Virus record (IMG/VR): IMGVR_UViG_3300032327_000479
Location: 1-41,033 of that record
From: a virus
Taxonomy: Duplodnaviria > Caudoviricetes
Direction: 5' to 3' (one strand)
Length of the DNA: 41,033 nt
The notes below the pieces were generated by a model. It made no database searches. It was not told the DNA's origin and saw only the letters and a list, made by a program, of their open reading frames with translations. Below are positions 25,423 to 34,499 of this stretch, piece after piece. Position 1 is the stretch's first letter; the number at the start of each line of letters is the position of its first letter. Made by a program: the position numbers and the translations under genes.

Positions 25423-26982
25423 TTATCCTCCAATTAGTTTCTGTGTTAAAAATTCTAACAAACTTCCTACAGTTAAATCTACTCCACCTCGAGAATTAAT
25501 TCCAGTTCCATCAAGTATCGCTTCTGCGATGTTTCCTTTTTGCTTTAACATATCCCATTGTCTTTGTTCAATAGAGTCTTTTACTAAGATGTCTTGAATG
25601 GTGATTGTTAACCAAGTACTTGATGTTCTATTTATTCTTCCGTTTCTTTGGACAGCAAGCCCCGAGGACCACGGCTGGTCGTAATTAAGTAAAAGATTTG
25701 CCTGAGGTAAATCAACCCCGTAGCCACCAGCATCAGAGCTGACCAGAACACGAATATGCGAACGAGTTTGAAATTTAACTTTAGCGTCTTCTTTTTTAAC
25801 GGCATTCATTTCTCCTGTGTAGGCAACGGCACCATACCCTTTAGCGTTTAGCCTAGACACTAGCTCGTCTACGCTATCCAGGTACGAAGTAAAAACTACA
25901 GCCTTGTAGCTGTTATCAATCTCTAAATGGTCTTCTAAGTAGCTTATCGCAGCATCAAGTTTAGGGGTTTTAGAAACTCCATGCAATAAGTCCCCCAAAG
26001 AAAACACATACGCACTTCCTTTACCTGTTTCATTTTTAAAGTTATCATAACTTTGAGCTAAAACATTAGGGCTAGAGCACAGCATTCTTAGGGCCCCAAT
26101 TCTAGACATAACTTCGCCTCTGAGCTGGTTAGCGGGGTCGTTAGCGTTGTACGCTTGGCCATAATGAGCAGACAAGTTAAAGTTACTTCCAAAAGTTTCT
26201 TTGGCTTCTATGAGCACATTGTGAAGATCTTTTGCAATGTGGGTGTACAGACTTTGAGTAGCTTTGTCTAATTTTACCAAGATGGGTTCTCGGTACACTG
26301 CTTCTGGAAGATAGGGTTTTACATCTTCATCTTGTTGAGACTTTCTAACAGAGTGCTTCATCATAGTGGAATGAAGTGTAGGCAAGTTTGAGTAGCGCTG
26401 TACTCCCCCAAAATGGTTTCTAACAATAAACGTTTTGTCAAAAATGTCGAATCGACCTAACACTTTAGGGTCTACAAACTGCATTATTGAATAAATTTCT
26501 TCAGGGCGCCCATTTTCAATAGGCGTTCCTGTTAACGCAAATCGTATAGGAATTTGTTTAGCGAGCTCTTTTACCCGCTTGGCTCTTTTTGCTTTAAACC
26601 CTTTTATGGCGGTAGCTTCGTCACACACTATGGCATCAAACTTAAAGTTAGCTATAAGTTCAAAATCACTGATAACTTGTTCATAGTTCATAATGATGTA
26701 GTCAAAGTTATCGGCAGTCGCATACTGCTCGTGTCTCTTTTTTACCGTTCCATCAATTACCAGTGCAGTGGAGTCACTAAACTTTGCAATCTCTTTTTGC
26801 CATTGGTACTTCAAACTGGCTAAGCAAAGGACTAAGGTTTTTTGAGGGTTTAACTCTTCAATAGCTGCTATGGTCATAGGAGTTTTTCCCAAGCCCATTT
26901 CATAGGCTACTAAAATGGTTTTTTGAGCAACCATTTTTTCAACCGCGTCAACTTGGTAAGGTTTTAGTATCCCTTTGAACAT
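25423..26982 (-). CDS. SNF2-family helicase/ATPase
   Basis: LKPYQ, EMGLGKT, CDEA, LTGTPIEN, GGYGVDL and QRNGRINR. Start moved to 26982 (GGAG RBS). Confidence 0.93.
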   Translation of the reverse strand: MFKGILKPYQVDAVEKMVAQKTILVAYEMGLGKTPMTIAAIEELNPQKTLVLCLASLKYQWQKEIAKFSDSTALVIDGTVKKRHEQYATADNFDYIIMNYEQVISDFELIANFKFDAIVCDEATAIKGFKAKRAKRVKELAKQIPIRFALTGTPIENGRPEEIYSIMQFVDPKVLGRFDIFDKTFIVRNHFGGVQRYSNLPTLHSTMMKHSVRKSQQDEDVKPYLPEAVYREPILVKLDKATQSLYTHIAKDLHNVLIEAKETFGSNFNLSAHYGQAYNANDPANQLRGEVMSRIGALRMLCSSPNVLAQSYDNFKNETGKGSAYVFSLGDLLHGVSKTPKLDAAISYLEDHLEIDNSYKAVVFTSYLDSVDELVSRLNAKGYGAVAYTGEMNAVKKEDAKVKFQTRSHIRVLVSSDAGGYGVDLPQANLLLNYDQPWSSGLAVQRNGRINRTSSTWLTITIQDILVKDSIEQRQWDMLKQKGNIAEAILDGTGINSRGGVDLTVGSLLEFLTQKLIGG

Positions 26983-27958
26983 AGGCAGATTCTCCGAGTA
27001 GGGCTGTTTTAGCGTTTTCAACGCCCCAACGGATTTCTTCATCAGTCATATCGCCAGGGTCTTTTACATTACTACTACCATAGTTGAAAAAGAATAGGTT
27101 TAAACCGTATTTACGTGTAAGCTTTAGCATTTCTCCTGCCGCCTTAAACCCAGCCTTATCAAGGCGAGGGTTATCCATTGCACAGATAACTTTGTCAGAA
27201 TAACGCAATAGCTTTATTTGATCTTCAGATAGGGTTGTTCCGCATAAGGCTAGTGTGCCGCTGTAGCCAGCACTGTCAATACGAAGACAATCAAGAGGAG
27301 ACTCAACAATAATGGCCAGGTTTTCATTTTGATTCTCAATTCCAAATAACGTCTTGGACCTTTGTAGCCCTGCAGGTCGATTAAAAAAGGTACGAGCAAG
27401 AGTTCCTTTTTCTTGCCAGCCCATCAGTCTACCAAAATGTGGGTCACGAAGTGGCAAAATCCAAGTCTTGCGCTGAGCATCCCAAAGAACCCCATACTTC
27501 TTAGCAGAGGCTGGAGTGATGCCTCTACTAAGAAGAGCTTCTTCGGGAGGCTCAACAAAAACTGCAAGACGAGCTTCTGACATCTCCAAGGGCTTAGCGG
27601 CAGCATGAACATAGTTCGGTAAAGCCTTAAACAGCTCCATGAGCTTTTCAACCGAAACTTCTGCGACTTGAGAAATCCAAGCCTCTGCGGCAGCGTAATC
27701 GTAGCCCGTGACTTTACCGTAGGTTACTGCGTAAAACTCATTTACGTCACAGACTAGTTGAGCAAGGTTTCCCTTGTAGCCACAAGAAAAGCAAATATGC
27801 TGACCAGTATCTTGGTTGATAAACCAAGAAGGGTTATGGTCTTGCTTTCCAGTGCGTACTTCGTGCATTGGGCAGAACCCTCGATACTCTGCACTAACTT
27901 CTTCGTATGAAATGCCTAAAGCGGTTAGTACCGCTTCAACATCAATAAACAGAGACAC
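26948..27958 (-). CDS. dnaG: DNA primase (CHC2 Zn finger + TOPRIM)
   Basis: CPMH...D.NPS...CFSC, IIVESPLD, MDN..D.AG and KDPGD. Start codon uncertain. Confidence 0.9.
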   Translation of the reverse strand: MSLFIDVEAVLTALGISYEEVSAEYRGFCPMHEVRTGKQDHNPSWFINQDTGQHICFSCGYKGNLAQLVCDVNEFYAVTYGKVTGYDYAAAEAWISQVAEVSVEKLMELFKALPNYVHAAAKPLEMSEARLAVFVEPPEEALLSRGITPASAKKYGVLWDAQRKTWILPLRDPHFGRLMGWQEKGTLARTFFNRPAGLQRSKTLFGIENQNENLAIIVESPLDCLRIDSAGYSGTLALCGTTLSEDQIKLLRYSDKVICAMDNPRLDKAGFKAAGEMLKLTRKYGLNLFFFNYGSSNVKDPGDMTDEEIRWGVENAKTALLGESAYVQRDTKTLPS

Positions 27959-29204
27959 CGTACACCGAAGTTGAGCAAAACTTGCATGTTGCTGAACTTT
28001 CTTCATCGTGAAAACACCCAGTTTTCCAGTTCCAGGTAATAGAGGTTTCGCGAGGCCCACAGTTACGTGCCTGTACAACTTTTAAAGTACGCAAGTAGTC
28101 TTCTCCTTCGATTGGCTCAAGACCGATAATAACATCGGAATCTTGAAAGAAGGAAGACGAGTAACCAATAGACCCTGCATCTACCTTTCCGCCTTTCATC
28201 TTCCAAAGAAGAGTCTGAGTGGTGATTACAACAGGGATGTTCATACGTTGAGCGACCCGCTTTAGCCCACGGGTAATGTTAGTCAAAGCTTGAGGAGTAT
28301 TTGAGTCTCCTGAAACTTGGTCCATCATTAGGTAAACCCCGTCTACAAAAATCACGTCTGGGTTTAGCTGTTCGGCTTTGGCTACAAGGCTGTCGATGGT
28401 CAACCCACCTACCGCGTCTACAAAGTTAAACGCGGGAGAATCAGACAATGACTCTAGGGTCTGCTCGAACCTAGCCATAGAAGTATCGTCTAGCCTACCC
28501 AAACGAAACTGAGTGCTGTTTAGGTGAGCCTTCATTGCAAGATACCGTTGAGACTGTTCATGGTTGTTCATTTCAAAAGACTGAAACATAGGCACTAGCC
28601 CAGCTTCGTGAACGTTGGCTGCCATACGTAAAGCAATCTGCGATTTACCAGTTTTAGGAGGAGCAATTAGTGTGATTAGCTGACCTCCTTGAAGTCCTGC
28701 AGTAGCCTCGTCAATGTCTTTAAAGCCTGTAGGAACTCCTAGCATTTTGGAGTTCATACGGCTGTAGTACTCCTCTAAGAACTTGCTGGTCTCTTTGGTC
28801 ATGTCTAGGTGAGTTGTGCCCTGTACGCCCTGCTCATTCACCACGCTGACGGTCTTGCTCATCTCCGTAAGAGCTAGCTCGTGGTTATTGGCACTTACAC
28901 TCTCGATAATCCTCTCAATGCCATTTCGAGTAAGAGTCCTGCGCCTATACGCAACCATTACATCGAGAAGATACTCAAGAGTGTCTTCTACATTAAGTAC
29001 TTTAAAGTTTGGAAAGTTGTCTACTACGGCTACTGCTGTGGGTACTTCTCGGTAGTTAGCATAATGCTCCCTAACAAACTTCCAAATGCGACGAAGGTCA
29101 TCGTCTACAATCCAGTCGTCCTTAATTCCTCGTTCAATAACTGGAATGATGTTCCTATCAGCGATTACCTTGCTTACTAAGCGGTACTCGTTATCGTTAG
29201 CCAT
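27942..29204 (-). CDS. dnaB: DnaB-like replicative helicase
   Basis: GVPTGF.DID..T.GLQ, APPKTGKS, SFEM, FVDGVYLM and QDSD. Confidence 0.93.
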   Translation of the reverse strand: MANDNEYRLVSKVIADRNIIPVIERGIKDDWIVDDDLRRIWKFVREHYANYREVPTAVAVVDNFPNFKVLNVEDTLEYLLDVMVAYRRRTLTRNGIERIIESVSANNHELALTEMSKTVSVVNEQGVQGTTHLDMTKETSKFLEEYYSRMNSKMLGVPTGFKDIDEATAGLQGGQLITLIAPPKTGKSQIALRMAANVHEAGLVPMFQSFEMNNHEQSQRYLAMKAHLNSTQFRLGRLDDTSMARFEQTLESLSDSPAFNFVDAVGGLTIDSLVAKAEQLNPDVIFVDGVYLMMDQVSGDSNTPQALTNITRGLKRVAQRMNIPVVITTQTLLWKMKGGKVDAGSIGYSSSFFQDSDVIIGLEPIEGEDYLRTLKVVQARNCGPRETSITWNWKTGCFHDEESSATCKFCSTSVYGVSVY

Positions 29205-29222
29205 TTTTCCCTCCTACAGGAT

Positions 29223-29639
29223 TTACAAGTTGTTTAGTTCAATTCCGTACGAACCGTACATCATGACACGTTCCCTTAAATCAATAACGCCTTTCAAGTT
29301 ATTACGGTAAGGGATTTCCGCAATAAACTCAAATACATCGGGGTAAACCTCAGCATAATTAAACGGGTTTCCGCCTCTACGGTCTAACCTATCCATAATT
29401 TTGTCCAAGGCGGGCTGTTCCCAATGCTCATTTTCCATAGCAGCTAGCTCTACAGAAAGCCCATATTTATTTGTGATGTTCCAAAGGTGTGAAAGATTTA
29501 GGTGATTTAAAGAAGAGATTTTCCTCTTGTAAACCGTCTTAAACATTTTTTTCTCTTCTTCAATTTCTGAGTTAGCTACTACGTCCACCATCACAATAAT
29601 TCGTGGAGAAGTTTCGTTAGAGATGTCTCCGTTAATCAA
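29223..29639 (-). CDS. hypothetical protein
   Basis: 138-aa ORF in the replication operon. Confidence 0.75.
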   Translation of the reverse strand: MINGDISNETSPRIIVMVDVVANSEIEEEKKMFKTVYKRKISSLNHLNLSHLWNITNKYGLSVELAAMENEHWEQPALDKIMDRLDRRGGNPFNYAEVYPDVFEFIAEIPYRNNLKGVIDLRERVMMYGSYGIELNNL

Positions 29640-29940
29640 TGATTTCTACTTTTCCGTATTTCAAGATGAACTCACGCCACAATCCATCGTCACTCATTGC
29701 GATGTCAGTTTCTTCATCAGGGGTGTCGTGAGGAATTTGGACAACATAGTTGCCCCCAGGTTCGTCTAACCTAGCCTTAACAAATTTTGTGTGCTTGCAT
29801 TTTGACGCGCCTTTAAACAGCGCACAAGTGCACCGTAGTTTACGCCTATCTTGAGATGAAAACGATACTTCAGAGATCCCTTCGTCTCCCAAAAATAGCT
29901 GTAAAGTTCGCCAAGTGGTGCTCATTGCTGCCTCTTTCAT
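29632..29940 (-). CDS. SWIM-type Zn-finger protein
   Basis: CTC-x8-CKH. Confidence 0.7.
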   Translation of the reverse strand: MKEAAMSTTWRTLQLFLGDEGISEVSFSSQDRRKLRCTCALFKGASKCKHTKFVKARLDEPGGNYVVQIPHDTPDEETDIAMSDDGLWREFILKYGKVEIID

Positions 29941-30665
29941 AATTGCCTCAAATCTTCATTAGCGATTAAGCGTACTCGTTTAAACGCTTCGTAAGCAAAG
30001 CTACCCATAGCTTCACCATACTGGTTAGCCCACTTTTCCCTAGCAACGTTGGTAGTGATAATAGTGGGCAATCCCCTGTCGTACCTTGAACGAAGAATTT
30101 CATCAAAAGAAGCATCATTAAACCCTGCTCCTTTGTATTCTTTTCCTAGGTCATCCAAAATCAACACCCTAACATTCAGCGTATCATTTGAAGCACGTCC
30201 GTGGAAGCCTTCCATCTCTTGAAACATGATCCTTTTAGATTCAGGGTCAGCGTCAATCATGGACTTCTTACGGGATAGGAACTCAGGATAGGTCATGTAA
30301 TACACTGGGCGACTGCTCATGCCGTAATCATCGTCTTGCATACTAAGGATTGCCTTGGCAGCATCAGGGTCTTCAGGCAAGCGACGAACTAGCTCCATAG
30401 CAGTAACTACTGCGTGAGTAGTCTTACCGATACCAGGAGCTCCGTCAAAAAGAAGTCCAACGCCAGTCGTACCAATTCCGCCAATACGACGAATGGTCTC
30501 TCCTGCCAAAACTTTGTCTAGCCATTTGTCGATAGACCCAGAAAACTCTCCTACAGTCTTTTCGATGTCTGATGGTTCCAGGCCAAGAAATCTGCGGGGG
30601 ATGTTTGAGTTACGCAAAAGCCATTGCCGTTTTAAGGTAGAAAGCTCTGCTAAGTTGTACGCCAT
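29937..30665 (-). CDS. DnaC/IstB-like AAA+ helicase loader
   Basis: NIPRRF, GAPGIGKT, LILDDLGKE and R.RY...PTIITTN. Confidence 0.9.
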   Translation of the reverse strand: MAYNLAELSTLKRQWLLRNSNIPRRFLGLEPSDIEKTVGEFSGSIDKWLDKVLAGETIRRIGGIGTTGVGLLFDGAPGIGKTTHAVVTAMELVRRLPEDPDAAKAILSMQDDDYGMSSRPVYYMTYPEFLSRKKSMIDADPESKRIMFQEMEGFHGRASNDTLNVRVLILDDLGKEYKGAGFNDASFDEILRSRYDRGLPTIITTNVAREKWANQYGEAMGSFAYEAFKRVRLIANEDLRQL

Positions 30666-30666
30666 T

Positions 30667-31200
30667 TTATTTTCCCTTCAATTCTTCTTCGTGTTGTTTC
30701 ATCTCTAACCTACCAGCCATAGAGTTATCAAACTCTGTGCCATCTGAGGCGTAAACATATTCTGATTCAGATACGGTGCCTTTGTCAAGTAGTTCGTCCA
30801 TGTCCAAAGAAACTACAACATCGTTCATTTGTGCTGAAATGGAATTTAAAAACATTTTGTGAGCATTTTTAGGGTATTTCCTAATAGCCACAATGTTTCG
30901 TTCATCGCCTAAGAACCTTTCCATTGCCTCAAGTTCAATTACTGCAGTCACTAGGTATTTTTTGCGGTTTGTAGCTAATGCTCCCCATAGAGCTTGAGTG
31001 TTTACCACTCCTGGGTAGCCCCTAAGTTTGGCATAAGTGCGAGCTGCAAATTCTGATGCAACATCTGCAGGTGTCCATTCTTCTTTTTGTCGTTTATCCC
31101 GTGTCTTGGGGTCACGTTTATTTACTTTTTTAGTAGTACTAGGTTCTGAAGAAAAATCTCCAAGAATAAACCCATCATCTTCTGCCCAATTATTGACCAT
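30667..31200 (-). CDS. hypothetical protein, possible initiator C-terminal partner
   Basis: Start moved to ATG 31200 (GAAGGGA RBS). Lies between the HTH/origin region and the loader. Confidence 0.65.
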   Translation of the reverse strand: MVNNWAEDDGFILGDFSSEPSTTKKVNKRDPKTRDKRQKEEWTPADVASEFAARTYAKLRGYPGVVNTQALWGALATNRKKYLVTAVIELEAMERFLGDERNIVAIRKYPKNAHKMFLNSISAQMNDVVVSLDMDELLDKGTVSESEYVYASDGTEFDNSMAGRLEMKQHEEELKGK

Positions 31201-31213
31201 GCTTTTCCCTTCT

Positions 31214-31300
31214 GAGGGCGATAGCCCTCTAAAGATAATACGAAGTATTATCTTTATTAATGTACAAATATGTAACATATGTAATCTATATAGCTATATA
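31214..31300. other. putative replication origin (AT-rich palindrome cluster)
   Basis: Two adjacent hairpins, a direct repeat ATATGTAA x2 and the palindrome TATATAGCTATATA. Confidence 0.55.
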
Positions 31301-31312
31301 AGCTGTTGATGT

Positions 31313-31537
31313 TCACTTTAGCAAACGGTACTTGTTTTTGTAAAGTCTTCCTAAATTTCTTTTAGTTCTAGTTACTTCTAGGTACCCAGAAATTGATAGC
31401 ATTGAAATTGCCTTAGATACGGATGTTCTACCATACCCTGTTTCTTTTTGAATTTCTTCTACAGAGATGGCTGAATCCCCCCACCTATCAATTGACTTGG
31501 AAATTACAAGCAAGACAGTGGATTCTGATCGTTTCAT
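31313..31537 (-). CDS. winged HTH protein, replication-initiator-like
   Basis: ISVEEIQKETGYGRTSVSKAISML...GYL...NKY. Confidence 0.8.
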   Translation of the reverse strand: MKRSESTVLLVISKSIDRWGDSAISVEEIQKETGYGRTSVSKAISMLSISGYLEVTRTKRNLGRLYKNKYRLLK

Positions 31538-31810
31538 TTATCGCCTAGTAAAGTTAGATTTATTTACGGGCTTTGAGGTTAACATGTCTAGCAGGATTAT
31601 CCAAGTAGTAGATAAGAAGCTAATTGCTCCTATGGACAGGGGCCAGTAAATTTCAGGCCACCAAACTACTAAAGAGATAGCTGCGGAGAAAGTAAAAATT
31701 AGTAGATGTTTTACAACAATTTTAGACTTTACAGAAAGTACAAGCCCAATAAGCTCTACTAAATAAGAGACACAAAAACTTGCGGTTAACACAATAAAAA
31801 AGTTATTCAT
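31538..31810 (-). CDS. small membrane protein with about 3 TM segments, holin-like candidate
   Basis: Three hydrophobic segments, a basic C-tail and a position at the end of the tail module. Confidence 0.55.
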   Translation of the reverse strand: MNNFFIVLTASFCVSYLVELIGLVLSVKSKIVVKHLLIFTFSAAISLVVWWPEIYWPLSIGAISFLSTTWIILLDMLTSKPVNKSNFTRR

Positions 31811-31819
31811 GTGTTTAGT

Positions 31820-33943
31820 TTACGAGGAAACTCCCGAAGCTTCAAGTACGGTGGATGAACCATACCCTGTGGTTATTAAATACGCAGTATTCAAAGGCAA
31901 AAACGACGTTAAAGTTCCCTTTAACTGAGTTAACTTCGTAGCTTTATTTGGGTAAGAAATTGACACTGAGTTGCTAGTAGTGGAAGTCCACTTAGCTCCT
32001 CTGATAGTGTAATCCCCACTAAAAAAGTCTGTGGCAGTATACCCTTGCTCAAGTTGCGCAGCATCAAAGTATAGGTCCACTAAAGGAGTCGCAGAGGAGG
32101 ATGCCCCAGTCACGTAAGCCTTTAGGTATACATCTCCTGAGTAAACTGAGATGTACATTCTTGTCGAATATCGCACCCATGTGCTAGTAAACGTAGCAGT
32201 AGTGGGTACTGCCATGAAATCTACTTCAGTGGATGAAGCCGCATCAACTACGGAAAGCGAAATTGTAGTTGGCATAGTGCCTGTTGAAGTTTTTGCATAA
32301 AAAGAAAAAGTGTAGTAATTTCCACTAGGTACAACATCCGACACGCTTGTCATTAAGAACGTACTGGGGTTTGCTGAAGGAACGCGAAGAGTGTTGCTAC
32401 CATCCACAATGCCTGGAACATCAGTAACATTTGTGAAGTCTAATGTTCCTGTAAACCCTGAAACTGTCCAAGAATTGGTATTGGCAAAAGAAGGGTTTTT
32501 TAAGTAGTTAACTTTTTTAGGAGCCAAGTAAATTTCTACCCCTCTAGCAGGGTGGTATGACGTTCCTCGAGTATCAGATGAGTACCACACTTGAGCTAAG
32601 TCAAGGTAATAAGTAGCTACTGTTTTTAAAAACACTTTGACTACCGCACGATATGGGGAAATTGGAACACTTGACCCGTTTACAGTAGGAACTGTAAAAT
32701 TGTACGTTGTTCTTGCCCAAGAAGTAGTCACTGAAAAAGCAGAGCCTAAAGATAAAGTGTGCAATAACCCGTTATTGTACCCATAAAAGTCTATTGAAAC
32801 TTGAGCAGAACTTGCTACAGAAGCTTTTAAATAAAAAGAGATGGATAAACTGTCATTAGGAAATACGGGAAGAGCAGTAAACAGTGGAGAAGTTTCTCCT
32901 AAAGCAATGTAGCCCGTTGTTAAAGTGCTAACTGCTTTTCCCACATAAACGTTATCTAGAGCATAAGGCTCAGCAGTGGGTCCTCCAGAAGTATCTGAAG
33001 TTAAAGTTATGCCACTTCCACTAGCAGTCCAACTTCCAACACCTTTGTAAAAAGAGCTATCCTGTAAAGAAAGTAAAATGTTAGGGCTAACTACGGTTGT
33101 AGTGGGATAGCCTGTCAAAGTTGACGTGTATTCTTGAATAGTAGCTAATGTTCCCTTATTTTTATAAAACCGTATTGCTTGACGTATCAGCTTTTTTTGA
33201 GTTAGCATGTTTAAGCCAGGTAAAATAGGAAGGCCCAGTTGTTGAGCCAAAGGAGAGACGAAATTTGGGTTGACCTCTTGACCACTGAACGTCTTAACTA
33301 GTAAATCTGTGTTAGTGGTTATTTCATCTTGCGTATACGCTACGGCACTTAAGAACTTGTATAAATCTGTAGTAGCATCTAACTCTCCTAAACTATCCCC
33401 CGTACCGCTCGTGTACACTTTTGGGAGTAAACGCATAAGTTTATCAGTAGAGGTAGCTAACTGAGTTCCATCAGGAGAAATAACCCCATGGTCTTTGGGG
33501 ATTGTAACTTGCGTAAATCCCGCTAATTTCCAAGCAACATCAGCAGCAGCTGGACTAGTAGTTTGAGCGTATAAAATCCAAATAGTGTAATAGGCATGTT
33601 TACCGTACGTTATTGGTGAAGATAAGTCGCTGTCAGTAAACTTAGAGATTTGAGTTCCAAATTGCTCAAGAATAACTTTTCCATCTTCTTCATTTTCAGA
33701 ATAGCCTTCTTGATTTCGTACTACTCTAATCCCTTTAATTGGGGCAGTAACAGGGGCAGTAGGGTAGGACCAGGTTAGCTGCACAATAGGGACAGGAGTT
33801 GACACCGAAACCCCATTAATCACAGAGGTGGCGTACGTGGTACCTAACGCAGTAGCGGTAAATGGTTCTGCAGAATACGGAAGTTTTGTGGCATCTCCGT
33901 AAACCGTGCCATCATTATAGGAAAACTTGTTATAGATACCCAA
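31820..33943 (-). CDS. baseplate wedge/tail protein (P2 gpI-like) with carbohydrate-binding-like domains
   Basis: LLPKVY...LYKFL...LAQQLG...YKNKGT, then two N..F...W beta-sandwich repeats. Confidence 0.8.
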   Translation of the reverse strand: MGIYNKFSYNDGTVYGDATKLPYSAEPFTATALGTTYATSVINGVSVSTPVPIVQLTWSYPTAPVTAPIKGIRVVRNQEGYSENEEDGKVILEQFGTQISKFTDSDLSSPITYGKHAYYTIWILYAQTTSPAAADVAWKLAGFTQVTIPKDHGVISPDGTQLATSTDKLMRLLPKVYTSGTGDSLGELDATTDLYKFLSAVAYTQDEITTNTDLLVKTFSGQEVNPNFVSPLAQQLGLPILPGLNMLTQKKLIRQAIRFYKNKGTLATIQEYTSTLTGYPTTTVVSPNILLSLQDSSFYKGVGSWTASGSGITLTSDTSGGPTAEPYALDNVYVGKAVSTLTTGYIALGETSPLFTALPVFPNDSLSISFYLKASVASSAQVSIDFYGYNNGLLHTLSLGSAFSVTTSWARTTYNFTVPTVNGSSVPISPYRAVVKVFLKTVATYYLDLAQVWYSSDTRGTSYHPARGVEIYLAPKKVNYLKNPSFANTNSWTVSGFTGTLDFTNVTDVPGIVDGSNTLRVPSANPSTFLMTSVSDVVPSGNYYTFSFYAKTSTGTMPTTISLSVVDAASSTEVDFMAVPTTATFTSTWVRYSTRMYISVYSGDVYLKAYVTGASSSATPLVDLYFDAAQLEQGYTATDFFSGDYTIRGAKWTSTTSNSVSISYPNKATKLTQLKGTLTSFLPLNTAYLITTGYGSSTVLEASGVSS

Positions 33944-33953
33944 GAGTTATCGC

Positions 33954-34382
33954 CTATACTGCCCCGCCACCATCGATAGCAGAAATCCAGCCATCTTTAG
34001 TTATAGAAGTTACAAGTGTACCGCCAGTGTTATTCCAGTTAATTAAGTTACCTGTTCCACTTGTTTGGTGAGTAAGCCCTACCGTGGTGCTAGTAGACAG
34101 CACTGTAGAGCCACCTGCGGTGTTCACTCTAGAGTTATACGCTGTACTCAAACCAATTTCAAGGTTATTTAACCTATTCGAAAGTGTCCCAAAATTATAA
34201 GAGGAAACTTCAGAGTAGCCACTAACGTAGCTTCCTGATTTGTACACATGAGGTTGTAGCCCTAGGTATTGCTCCATAGCTTCTACTTCATGGTAAACGG
34301 TGTTTACATCAGCAGCTTGAACTGCGTTTACCAGGTCTACTCTATCGGGGTAAGACCACGCGGTAGTGGGATACAAAGCCAT
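33954..34382 (-). CDS. minor tail/structural protein
   Basis: AGGAG RBS, A.DVN....EVEAME..LG motif, ends IDGG. Confidence 0.65.
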   Translation of the reverse strand: MALYPTTAWSYPDRVDLVNAVQAADVNTVYHEVEAMEQYLGLQPHVYKSGSYVSGYSEVSSYNFGTLSNRLNNLEIGLSTAYNSRVNTAGGSTVLSTSTTVGLTHQTSGTGNLINWNNTGGTLVTSITKDGWISAIDGGGAV

Positions 34383-34436
34383 AGGTTCTCCTAAATCTCT
34401 CTTCTAGTTTGCCCGATTTGGGCGGGTTTTACAGGG

Positions 34437-34499
34437 CTAACGAACCTCAGTAACGGTGACAATCACTGACGGTGAGTTAGGAAAATCTATGGCTGTCAT
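34437..34499 (-). pseudogene. 20-aa chimeric remnant ORF MTAIDFPNSPSVIVTVTEVR
   Basis: ATGA-coupled to the spike gene. Looks like a structural-protein N-terminus joined to a C-terminus. Confidence 0.6.

Noticed and set aside
2680-29204. Inteins or introns in nrdJ, recA, polA, SNF2 helicase or dnaB
   Set aside because: Lengths are typical, motifs are contiguous, and no intein splice-junction or LAGLIDADG blocks were seen.
31286-31315. Stop-codon readthrough or recoding joining the HTH gene to the next ORF
   Set aside because: A second stop follows 8 codons later and the other frames are also closed. Other genes are intact under the standard code.
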